From Azolla caroliniana (Eukaryota > Plantae > Polypodiophyta): DNA of 64,000 bases. The stretch lies in the NCBI GenBank assembly GCA_043228905.1, contig JBHGNT010000001.1:34906001-34970000 (forward strand). The letters run 5' to 3'. Position 1 is the first letter of the stretch; the number at the start of each line of letters is the position of its first letter. The translations under genes and the position numbers were made by a program. Below the pieces are notes generated by a model. That model was not told the origin of the DNA, ran no database searches, and saw only the letters and a program-made list of their open reading frames with translations. Below, in pieces: positions 1-11,800 of this stretch.

Positions 1-2231
1 TGAATGTGCCTAGTTATCACATTTCTACTTAAGGATATAAAGTTTATTTCACGTCACTATCTTAAAACAAAAGGGCATCCATTGAAGTGAAATGAGAGAT
101 TTTACACATATGATATCACAACATGTGTACGAAAACAATATCTAGAACATACATATGGTGCTAGTCATGTGTCTATACAAATTTGTGTAATTTTTAAATG
201 ATTCAATGCTATGAAAAGAGTGTGATGATGGTGGTCAAATTTGATCACAATTGTTAAAATCACCTATTCTCTTTTTTTTGTTTTTTTTTTCCAAAAAAAA
301 CTCCTTCCATTAGTTATAAAAAAACACTTACTCTTAGCAAGATCTTGCACCATACAAAGTAAATAAAGTTGCACCATAAAAAGAAAGAGACCATTAAAAC
401 TTTGTCTATACGCTAAAAAGAAAAGGTGATTAGCAAGTTTCGAATCAAGTGATTTTTTTAAAAAGAATAAATCAATCAATCCAAAAGGCAAATCGGTTTG
501 TAAACTTGGAAAAATGACGTTGAATTCCTACAACAACTATTTTATGGTTATCCTTGGTTAAAGATCTTAACTTTGAACTTTTATCAAATCAATATATAAG
601 GTAAAATATATGTGGTATCATGAGAAAGCTGAAGTCCATTCACTAACATGTTTATGTCTTCCCAACGCTACAAATTTTTGTGGTGTTAAGAAGAAACTCA
701 TGTTTGTGCATGACCTCAATCTCTTATGTAACTTGGCCAACTAGCCTTATCCTTGGTGTGTCCTATTTACAACATTGTCGCACCAAAAGGCCACACATGA
801 CTAATAGTTTACAATCTCCATCTATGTACATGCATACACATAACTTGTGCATGCATCTACAATAGTAATTGTGCATGCATTACCACTCCTAGTTGTGTAG
901 AAACTCCTCCACCTTGTACCCATTTCCTATTCATAGATACTGAATAAGTAGATTATTGGATTTGAAACATGTATCAGCTAGTCCCAATAATAAGCGCATT
1001 CATTGTGTTATTTGCCATGTTCACCGTCATAAGTGTGATCTTGTTCTACTTACTACAATCTTGAATGAAGTGATTTCACATTTCTTCTTTGAGAGCCATT
1101 GCGCTTAATGTTTGCACAATTTTCTAGCTACAAAGTGATGTAGATAGGATACATTAGAGGGGAACGTCAAATTGATCATTCATATATGTGTTCCAGATCA
1201 TGTCTGTTAGAGGCACCTTAACAAGGTTTGGAAGAGGAGACACTAAGAAGAGAGACACGATTATAAAGAGAATGGATGTTTTGGTATTATTTAAGTTGTG
1301 CTCCAAGAGCAAAAAATTGTATAGCAAGAGTGTCTCGGCCCCAAATGTGAAACACCAAGCACATATCTTTGCATTGAACTCATGGCTAATCATTTGACAT
1401 CTAGTTATATCCCTATTAAGGTCAAAAGTAAGACCTATTTAGGTCATACTGATGGGAGTATGGAGGTTTGAATTGGGGTGTTGATAGGAGATTGAGAAAC
1501 ATTAAAATGAGTATGATTTCTTGGATATCAAGGTCAAGGGTGTTGATATAGTTATCAACAATGTCCACCATGAGTCGACACGTCCCAAAGGGTGAGGGGT
1601 CTAAGCTAGCTAGTGTAGTGAATTGTTATGTGAGGGGGTGAAGCATAGGGAGGGTGTGGCCGTGCCTGCGACAATGTGGCAATTAAGCATCACATGATCT
1701 TTTCTCGGAACAAACATCACACGATCCTTCATTAGTCAGCACCACACGATCCTTTCCTAGAACAAACATGTCCATTGGTTGTGTAACAACAAACTTCCCG
1801 ATACTTCGAAGATGTGTTAGCTTGATCTGATCATACATGCATGTCGGGACCATCTCCTTGGGAAATGGTTTCGAGTTTCATCGATCTATTGTTTCGGTCT
1901 AAATTCACTAATGACATTCCGTTACATCTCAGATCCTCTTTGGGAATGGTTCAAAACAGGAAAGGGTTTATTATTTGGGTGCTCAGTGAGAACTCAGGTG
2001 TATTCTGGTGATTGTTCCTTTTTGGCCTTGCACTTCGGCATTAGAGATGATGATATGTATATCTGTTCTTTGATTCTTAGCTATGCAGAGAGAAAATGAT
2101 ACCTATTTGTATTGGAACAACGAAGAGAGACCCTACCGTGTTTTGTTTTGCTTTTAGGTTTTCTGAATTGAAGTTTTTGGGATTGTGTTTCTCGTGTGCC
2201 TCTCGTTTTGTTGTGTTGTGTATGTAGATAG

Positions 2232-4532
2232 ATGCCTATACCTGGAAAAGGAAAATGTAAGCAATTTATGACTGGAAATGATCATGCACATTTTGGGTTT
2301 GTGGAATTGCTCAAGGTTTGTGCCAAAAACAAGGATCTGTGTGAAGGAACAAAGCTGCATGGTGATGTTATTAGGAAAGGATTGCTTAATAAGAGTCCCT
2401 ACATAGCTACAACATTGATCAATATGTATGCACAATGTGGTGCTCTTTCAAAAGCTCAACAAGTTCTTGAAAATCTCACCATTCGGAGTGTGGCCTCTTG
2501 GAATGCTTTGATATCCGGATTTGCCCGACATGGCCAAAGTTGTGAAGCATTCAATTGCTTTGAAAGAATGCAAAGAGAGGGTCTCTCTCCAAATGCCATC
2601 ACTTTCACTTGTGCTTTGAAAGCTTGTGGAAGCATGGGCGACCTCAGAAAGGGTCGGCAAATTCATGATGAGATTGCATACAGGGGCTTCCTGGCAAAAG
2701 ACATTTTGCTCTGCAATGCTTTGATTGACATGTATGCCAAATGCGGCGAGCTTGCAAAAGCAAAGGAAGTGCTCGAATCACAAACTCTTCGGAATGTGGT
2801 CACTTGGAACACACTAATTGCCGGATATGCCCAACAAGAACGAGGGCATGAAGCTCTCCAGTGTTTTGAGAGGATGCAATGGGATGAGGGTCTCTCTCCA
2901 GATGAGGTCACATTCACATGTGTTTTGAAAGCTTGTGGAAGCATACGAGCTATAGATGAGGGCAGACGTATACATGACCACATTGTTGAGAGAGGCCTCC
3001 TGGAAAACAACGTTGTACTTGGAAATGCTTTGGTGGATATGTATGCCAAATGTGGTATGCTTGAAAAGGCTCGGCATGTGCTTGAAGAGCTCCCAATAAG
3101 AAATGTAGTCTCATGGTCTGCCCTAATTGATGGTTATGCCCAGGAAGGGCGAGGTCATGAAGCACTGGAATGCTTCGAACGCATGAAACGTGAGGGCCAT
3201 TCTCCAAATGATGTGACCTTTATTTCTATTCTTAAGGCCTGTTCTAACATAAAGGATGTTGAGAGAGGCAAACAAATTCACAATGAAATTGTCGATAAGT
3301 ATATTTTGGAGAAGAAAATTGCTCTTGGAAATGCATTAGTGGACATGTATGTCAAATGTGGTGCACTTTCAAAAGCAAAGCAAGTGCTGGAGGAACTTTC
3401 GGTTCGAGACATAGTCTCATGGTCAGCACTAATTGCTGGATATGCTCAAGAGGGTAAAGGTCATGAAGCCTTGGATTGTTTTGAGCAGATGCAAAGGGAG
3501 GGTCTCTCTGCGGATGACGTCACCTTCATTTGCATTTTAAAGGCGTGCAGTAATTTACGGGCTATTGAGAAAGGAATGCAAATCCATGATGAGATTATTC
3601 ATAGGAACTTACAGAAGAAAAATGTTGTGCTTGGCAATGGTTTGGTAGATATGTATGCGAAATGCGGTATGCTTGCAAAGGCTCGGCAAGTGCTCGAAGA
3701 GCTCCATGGCAGAGATGTAGTAACTTGGAATGCTCTAGTATCTGGATATGTTCAACACAATCAAGGTCACGAAGCACTAAATTCCTATGAACGGATGCAA
3801 AGAGAGGGGATTGCTCCAAATGGAGTCACCTTCACTTGTGTCTTGAAGGCTTGCAGTAGCATCGGAGCCATCAACAAGGGCAAACAAATTCATGATGAGA
3901 TAATTACTAGGGGTTTGTTAGAGAAAAATATTGTGCTCGGCACCGCATTGGTGGATATGTATGCCCACTGTGGTCTTCTTACAAAAGCACAAGAAGTCCT
4001 TCAAGAGCTTCATGTCCGGGATGTGGTTGCATGGTCTACTCTTATTGCGGGGTATGCTCAAGAGGGGCATATTGAAGAAGCTTTGAAATGTTTTGTACAA
4101 ATGCAAAAAGAAGGTCTTTCTCCTGACGATATAACCTTTGTGAGTGTGCTGAATGCCTGTAGTCACTCAGGAAAAATTGATGAAGCACAAGACTATTATG
4201 AGAATATGAAGAGCAAGTATGGGATAGCACCAAAGATAGAGCATTATACTTGCATGGTGGTGGTTTTTGGATATGCAGGGCGCTTTGACAAGGCCATTTC
4301 AGTAATCCGGACAATGCCTTCTCCTGATGACCCGTCAGTTTGGGTTGCACTGCTTAGTGCATGTCGGAAGCGTGGTAACGTGAAGCTTGGGAAACTGGCT
4401 TTCGAGCAAGCAATAGAGCTAGATAGTAGTTATTGTGCAGCATATGTTCTCATGGCTAATACCTATGCGGCAGCAGGCATGCAGGAGGATGCCGAAATGG
4501 TCGAAGCCATGAGATTGAGGTATGTTGCTTGA
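2232..4532 (+). CDS. PLS-class pentatricopeptide repeat (PPR) protein, E1/E2 subclass, no DYW domain; likely organellar RNA editing specificity factor
   Basis: 766-aa intronless ORF of ~101-aa P-L-S triplets (VVTWNTLIAGYAQ / VTFTCVLKAC / GNALVDMYAKCG). These are followed by P2-L2-S2 (EHYTCMV), E1 (WVALLSACRKRGNV), E2 (AAYVLMANTYAAAG) and a stop. A possible in-frame upstream exon 1911-1997 (GT at 1998, AG at 2230-2231) would add 29 aa. Confidence 0.95.
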   Translation: MPIPGKGKCKQFMTGNDHAHFGFVELLKVCAKNKDLCEGTKLHGDVIRKGLLNKSPYIATTLINMYAQCGALSKAQQVLENLTIRSVASWNALISGFARHGQSCEAFNCFERMQREGLSPNAITFTCALKACGSMGDLRKGRQIHDEIAYRGFLAKDILLCNALIDMYAKCGELAKAKEVLESQTLRNVVTWNTLIAGYAQQERGHEALQCFERMQWDEGLSPDEVTFTCVLKACGSIRAIDEGRRIHDHIVERGLLENNVVLGNALVDMYAKCGMLEKARHVLEELPIRNVVSWSALIDGYAQEGRGHEALECFERMKREGHSPNDVTFISILKACSNIKDVERGKQIHNEIVDKYILEKKIALGNALVDMYVKCGALSKAKQVLEELSVRDIVSWSALIAGYAQEGKGHEALDCFEQMQREGLSADDVTFICILKACSNLRAIEKGMQIHDEIIHRNLQKKNVVLGNGLVDMYAKCGMLAKARQVLEELHGRDVVTWNALVSGYVQHNQGHEALNSYERMQREGIAPNGVTFTCVLKACSSIGAINKGKQIHDEIITRGLLEKNIVLGTALVDMYAHCGLLTKAQEVLQELHVRDVVAWSTLIAGYAQEGHIEEALKCFVQMQKEGLSPDDITFVSVLNACSHSGKIDEAQDYYENMKSKYGIAPKIEHYTCMVVVFGYAGRFDKAISVIRTMPSPDDPSVWVALLSACRKRGNVKLGKLAFEQAIELDSSYCAAYVLMANTYAAAGMQEDAEMVEAMRLRYVA

Positions 4533-6120
4533 AAGACTTCAATGAGAAATGAGGATGCCAATTCAGATGTGGTTTTGCCTTTAATATCAACAATTTCAAC
4601 ATTTTGTGAGCTTTTTCATGGTGGATCCACTGACACTTAAGAGTGTAACAACCAAGCAAAACCAGTGATCTATGATGCATCTGGTTGTTTTGAAAAATAT
4701 GCAAGAGCTCCTCGTAAGGTCTTTCATGCAACCAAAGATATATATTTATATTCATTTTTTATATGACCATAAATAATGCGTCAAGTTTTTTCAGATAATG
4801 GGGAAACATACATAGCTTGATATGTTTTAGAAGGCGACAAGGTGGGAAACTTCTGCATACCCAACCTGTTTCCAACTGAAAAAGAAAGAGGCATTAGTAA
4901 TGGTAAAGAACCCAGCCAAAACCAAACTTTATGCTTTTTGGAGCATCGATGACCATGTGAACATTACTATCGGTGATGCATCTCTGAGGACTGTGTACAA
5001 AGTTCTAAATCTTTGCATTGGGTTGATTGCGATAAGATGTCCAATCACTTAGGATTGTGTTGACGGCCAATGAGTCTCCAATCACATAATGTGATAAATA
5101 AGAGGAGGCAAGCAAAAGCACATTGTCCTACTGCAATGTAAATAGATGTGTGTCATTGTTTTAAAGCATTCTGAACATTGTCTTGGATAATCACGTATGT
5201 TTTAATAAAATTGCCAACATTATTGGCTTTAGTGCTCAAACCTTTCTGTAGACCTTGGATTTTCATCACCCTTAAAAGCATTGAACCATTTAACTTATTT
5301 TATTGTAATCCATTTTCTAATTTGCAGTTGGTGAAATTGAAATTTCTATTTAACACCAATTGATATTTTATGACTCTTTATTGCCAAAATGTAGCATTTT
5401 TCTCCGCTTTTTGGCCCTATGATCATATCCCCAAAATTTTCCCAAGTTCTTTCTTTTGACCATTTTTAGAAAAATAATCTACCAAAAATCAACAAACACA
5501 TGATAACCTCACCAAAATCATACTACGCGATATTTTGTTTCTTTAATAATTGTGTTAAATCTTAAAAGCGATATTGCTGGAACCAATCACTTCTTAGTTT
5601 CGGATAAGTGGTGCCAGAGACAGAGTAAGCAAGAAAGTGACAATATCCTCTAGTATAGCATGACTCTTAACCTTGATATACTTTTGCTATTTGGTTCGCA
5701 CATGATCATTTTCAGGATATGGTGGCTAAATATGACCCTTGGGACCTAGAAAGTGTCCAATGTAGTCAACAATAACGGTGTAAGTGTTAGGGTGGAAACT
5801 TTGGGCAACTTTCTTTCCATTTTCTTTAAGTAGTGCCCTCTATTTTGTTATCATCCTCTCCAATCAATATAATCTTGATATGGTTTAGACTTTTTGGGTA
5901 GGAACTATCATAACAGATCATAAAAGCAAGATGAATCGCACCTCAATATATGAATGGTTTTGCCATGACACCAGTGGGAAAAAAAATTGGACAACCCTTG
6001 GTCGATGTAGATGGTAATGTGGCGCTAGAACATGTGGAAAAAAGCCTTGGTGTGGGTTCTATGAGAGGTGGAAAGAGAAGAGCCATTGTTGGTGGGTTCA
6101 GCTGTGAAGAAGGCTACTTT

Positions 6121-6128
6121 TATAAATA
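6121..6128 (+). promoter_or_regulatory. TATA box of a probable + strand transcription unit with no long ORF
   Basis: TATAAATA followed by a CT-rich leader (6150-6300), a GTAAGT donor at 6343, T-rich intron-like sequence and a candidate acceptor TTCAG at 6903-6907. Confidence 0.45.
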
Positions 6129-8881
6129 ATACAAACGAAAGCCCTACTCCCATTCACATTATCCTCCCTCCCTCCTTCAAAAACAGAGGATCCTCTGTTC
6201 CCTTCTTCTTCTTCTTCTCCCCCCTTTGAAGAAGCAGTAAAAGAGAAGCTTTCATCACCATAGCCACAGATGCCATCTTCTTCACCATCATCTCTGTGTC
6301 TGCACATATATACACACATATTTGTGTGTATATGGTTTCATTGTAAGTTACCACTTCCTTCCATCCTTTTTTGTAAGATCTTCTTTTTTTTCTGTCTGCA
6401 TTATGTACGACTTTATTCGTATGCTTTTCAAAAGTATCTCATAAATTTCCTATCTTATTTTATTAGCTGTAAGTTACATGTAACTTACCACTTTCTCGCA
6501 TCTTTTCGAGGCTGTGTCTGACTTCAACACAAATATATGAATCTCCATGTTTTGTCTGACAGAAACCTCAACCCTTTTACTTTGTTTAATATGAAGCACT
6601 AGGTTTTACATAAGAGAGATTAAGAGCTATCTATCCTCCGAACAGATATGATAATACGATATATCTAAATTATAAACGTACACGTTGAATGACTTGATCA
6701 TCTAGATTTTGACCTATTAATGATCATTTGCGTTGATTTTTAGGGACGCTTCATACAAATGTCATAATTTACCAGACTCCTTTTGATTGATTAAACTATC
6801 ACGCTTAAAAACTTTGAGCAATTCCTTAATCTTAAGCTCATCTAAAAATATATTATCCTTCAAGTTTTACTGTATCGTAGTTTTTTCTTCCTTTCATGAA
6901 CATTCAGGGAGAATATAATGCTGGATGTTGCATGTGCAACCTAAACATGTTGGAGGACATCATCTACCTAATCAAAAAATAATTACATGACGAGATTGTG
7001 ATGAAGTGTAGCATATGCTACACATCCTAGGTTGATGATGATTCCAGACTCATTCAAATTTGAAAGCACGCTGATGACAATCATTCACATAGTTTTCCTT
7101 TGACATTGGCAATGGAAACCCACTACTTCAAAATTTTCAAATCTCCATTAATGGTGATAAAGCTAATGATTTAGTGCACTTGTTTGTCTTGAATGAGTAT
7201 GGAGTCATCATCTACCTAAGCAATGTATAATTACGGGACCTATTGGAAGTGAATAAGCAATGTGTAATTACCTAACAGCAGGGTCTTTGGTCTTTGGTCA
7301 TCAGAGTATTAAACTAGATTGGTGCAACTGAAAACATCATTCTTAGATCAAGTTAAACAAATATAATTACATCTGGGGAGCATATGCATATCTAAATGAT
7401 CTGCTATGTACTATATGACATGGTTGACCCAAAAAATATTGCACTTAAAGAATGATCAGAGCGACTTACATATAATGCCCGTGTGCTCACATTGAAGTTC
7501 TGTTTTCGTTTGATTCAAGTTTGTACACCTGGTCACAGAAGGAGATTTATTATTTGATTGCGCATTTTTACCTTCTCATTTTGTGTAAATGTGTATTTGT
7601 GCCTGTGCTACCTGATTAGTTAGTCCTTGGTAATATTAAACATACTTTACAGGGAGCATTTTAATCAATGGTAGCATTCAAAAAGATGTGATGTTCTGAT
7701 TTGTGACATTCATAAATTTTCACCTCGCAGTTACTCAACGTGGAACAGTCACACATCATTAATATTTTTAGGCCACAGCAATGCCACATGCTTGTCTGCA
7801 CACTGATACACGATGGAAAGAGTAAAAAATGCAGCTGTGCCCAACTGATCAAATTTAACTCTAAAGAGGATATTAACAAATCATATTGGTCATTAAATAT
7901 TAATGACATGTAAAGATTTAATGAATTAGGATTCCACATATTCAATTAAATAATTAAGAACACTTTTGATTACATAAATCAATTACTTACAGATCTAAGA
8001 GTTACAACAGTCCAAGGCAGGTACCATAGAACAAGCAAAGGCGAACAAATTTGCTCCTGATTTGCATGATTGCGTTATAGTGTGAAACTACAATACATTG
8101 GTGTATTGTTGCTATCATATATTTGGTCATTTAGGTCTAGCAGATGTTTGTGCTTTGAGATGTCTTCTTCAGAGTTACACAAGCAACACCATTGACTTGA
8201 ATGTGTGCTTCCACTTAAATTACACTATGGTCAACTAATTAGCTCATGATCATTAATAGGTACTATGAGTGAGGCATCATCAGCTTGCTGTACACAATCC
8301 ATAGAGATCTATACGTGCACACCTATGACTGCCACATCATTGCTCAACATTACATTTTCTATCTTGCCCCAAAAGTTGTGTATATTAATTATTTGAAACG
8401 CCAGACAAATACACCATAACTGTTTAAATAAAACTCCCCCCGTTATAACGTTTTCTAATTACAGAGGCTGAAGGCTTGCCACCTAATGAGAGCAAATTCT
8501 ATATAGACTATTTTAGAAGAAATGTAACTTAGTAGTGAAAAGACACTTCTTGATACATCCATGATGTGAGCCAACACTAAGTAAGCAAACATTGATACTG
8601 ACAAGAGCATCATCATGTGAAATGCTTCTGATGGCATACATACGTAGGCAAATGAGAAAGATGGGAAAGAGGGATATATACCACACACTTATTAAAAGCT
8701 AGTTTGAGCCAAAATTCGGCTGGCACCCCAACCCCCCCCTCCACAAGGAAACAAAGACGAGAGCATGAGAAACCAAGTAATAAATTGGTAGTAAAGGGTA
8801 TATAGTATAGTGAGCATTTGCTGTTTATCCGAGTAAGAAGTGATCAGGTTTAGTGAGCATAACATGTATGAAACATTCCAT

Positions 8882-11800
8882 TCACTCAAATGCTTCCCAA
8901 ATATCATCACAAGAGAGACGGTGATTGAGTTGGCTGACACGCCGAGGTGTGGTTGCAGTCGAGATCATGGGTGTTGAAGGAGTTGATCGAGGTGTGGATG
9001 CATTTGATCGAGCTCGGAATTCGAATGATGTATCTGACGCTCCATCATCGCACTTTATTAGCAAACTACTTGTCATCACATTATTAGGGATCATCATCAT
9101 CTTCCTTTCAGAGCACACATCTTCCGTGTGTTCCAACGCTTGCAGCATGCACTGATTTTCAGGTCTTGGCATCTCATCCACACATTGTTTCTCATCATTC
9201 TCTATCTCTTGTTTATGAGTAGCGGTAGTTGTTGCAGTCTGACAAAAACTAACATGTTTAAGCCAATGGAGAACTAGTGCATTTCTCTTAACTTTGTATC
9301 ATTTGCTAGAAACGTCTACCTTAATACTCATGTTCGGGTTGTCAATGTTGCATGTCTCCAATGGCAATAACAAGAAGGCATCGGAATCCATCATCTCAAC
9401 TCCAACATTTTTACAATCTTCGTTGCTCAATTTGATGATATCTGGAATGATCATTGGAATCAGGTGTTTGCGCTTTTCAAAAACATACAGTACAAATACT
9501 AAAGGACCTTCAATCCTCACTCTTGTAGCATAAATGCTAAAACCTTACCATCAAATCCTTTCCAATAAACGTCAAACCTTACCTCCAAAAACATTCATAT
9601 TTAAACTCTTAAATCCCAAATGCCAAAGCCTTAACCATAGACCTTAAACTCTAAACTCCAATGGAAAACCCAAAACACTACATTCTAGACCGTAAACACT
9701 GAATGCTAAATCTAAGTGCTAAACTCTAAACCCTCAAAGCCAGATAGAAGTTCAACCTTAAACCCCCTAAGTCCTAAACTGATCGAATCCTAAGCTCACC
9801 CAAAGTCCAGCAATTTACTGTTTACCTTGTGAAGAATGTTGATTGTCGATTAAAGCAGGGATGGCACAATCTGTAATGTTTTCAGGGCTAGGATCATTGG
9901 CCTCGTTTTCATTGACCCTTGCTTGGTTATTATTGCCATGGTGCTGATAAGAAATCTCGTGGGAATAAGCAGGAATATTACTTGTCGGCAAATATTTGGC
10001 CTCGGTTTCAAGATATTCTCTAGTCCACTCCACAGGAGAGTTCATACATCCCTCATCATTATCTGGAATCAAACCAATGACATCCATTACATCAAAACTA
10101 GCACCATCCTGGGACATGTCCTTCTCCAATTCAACGACATTCCTAGCATATCTTTTATCATTGAGGCTTGAACCATTCTCAACAAGGTCAGTTTGCATAG
10201 GTGTGTCAGGTGATGTTGAAACCATCAAGCTTGAGACTAAATGGAGTGGATCTTTCACAGTTCTGGGCCATGAATTGGCTCGTGACGTGATGCATTTCCC
10301 GTTCAAACCCTCTACCTCGTCCTCTCTTTCTTGCATCTTGTTTTGCTCCATGATAGGGGCCAATTTCAGCGAATCAAGAACCATTCTCAATTGACTATAG
10401 AACACCATCTTTTGATCCTTACCCATCTCAGATTCCGCAATGGAGAGGAGATTTAGGACTTTCCGTATTTTCAAAGTATCAGCTTCAGTGTCAGTTAACT
10501 TCATGGCCATCAATGCAGCCAAGCCTGTCGGTTTTTTCCCAGATTCAAACTCTAACCCGAGCCCTTCTTGTGAACAAATGTTGGAATAGAAACTTGGCCT
10601 AGCAAACGCATCCATTGCAGCTTCTTTTAGCAGGATATTCCGAGCTTGTTGTGCTTTCATGTCTTTCCTCGGAGAAGAGGAACCTTGTACATTGAAAAGG
10701 TCAATATCACTCTCCATCTCAGCTTCAGACTCATCCATTTCTGACAAGAATGTGCTTTCTGTGTTCATTTCTGATAATGCCTCAATGATGGATCGTATCC
10801 GGTCATGCATTGTTCCCGGATACATTGCAAGGGTATCACTACAGTTTTCCTTGGGTTTTTCTTTCAAGCTTTCCTTGGATCTTACTTTAGAGTTCTCCTT
10901 AGAGTTCTCTTTAAATCTTTCCTTAGAGTTTTCCTTGTATCTTTCCTTACATATTTCCTTAGGCTTGGTTGTATAATAAAGAGATGGGTCCTCGATTTGC
11001 ATTTTGCTTTGATGATTAGATAAACACTCCTCATAAACCTCATTTTCAATGATTGACATATCTTTGTTTTCCAAGCCTTCATTTAGCTTAGCTTTTGTAA
11101 TAACTTTCTGCTTATGATGCTTCAATGGAACTTTCAAACCTACATCCACCAAGTTTGGTGTGCAATTGACAGATCTCTCTCTTAAAGCTGATCTTCCCTT
11201 CATTTGATTGTTCTTTGGAGAGCCACTTGCGTGCATTATCTAAACCAATACAACATTGCTTAGATTATATTCTTTAAACCCAATATTAGATAATATCCTG
11301 TACAAGATAGTCTGTGTGAAAATCCCTTAAAGGAAACACAATCACATGCGTATGTTCATGGAAAAAGGCCAATAAATAAACTCAAATTTGAAATTTTTTG
11401 TCACAACATTAATCAAGAAGACATCCAAATTCCTTCAAATTAATACAAAAAGAACAACCTTTGTTGCAATGATTTAGGTAGACAATAATACTGATTATGT
11501 GAGTAATTGACATATTGACCAAGATATCCTAATGATGCCAATTATACAGGGAAGAAACCCTTTTGATGCAATATGATTACGCTATCCTAACCATGCAAAT
11601 GAATATGGAAAAATATTCCATTCACACATTAACCAAGACATCCTAACATGCAAATTGACATAGCAAAATTCCCTTACAATACAATGCGACTTCATTGAAC
11701 AAATGCCAGATAGAGCAGATACAATGAGATCTTGCCAGCAATCCAGATATTGTAATCATAAAAGTCATATAGAAAAAGCATTAACTCAATCCAATTGGTA

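Noticed and set aside
4533-4720. Remnant DYW:WW domain after the E-class PPR stop (SWWIH near 4616)
   Set aside because: Wrong spacing and frame, and no HxE or CxxC remnants follow.
5801-5825. IPS1-like miR399 mimic (GGGCAACTT...)
   Set aside because: The seed-pairing half CCTTTGGCA is missing.
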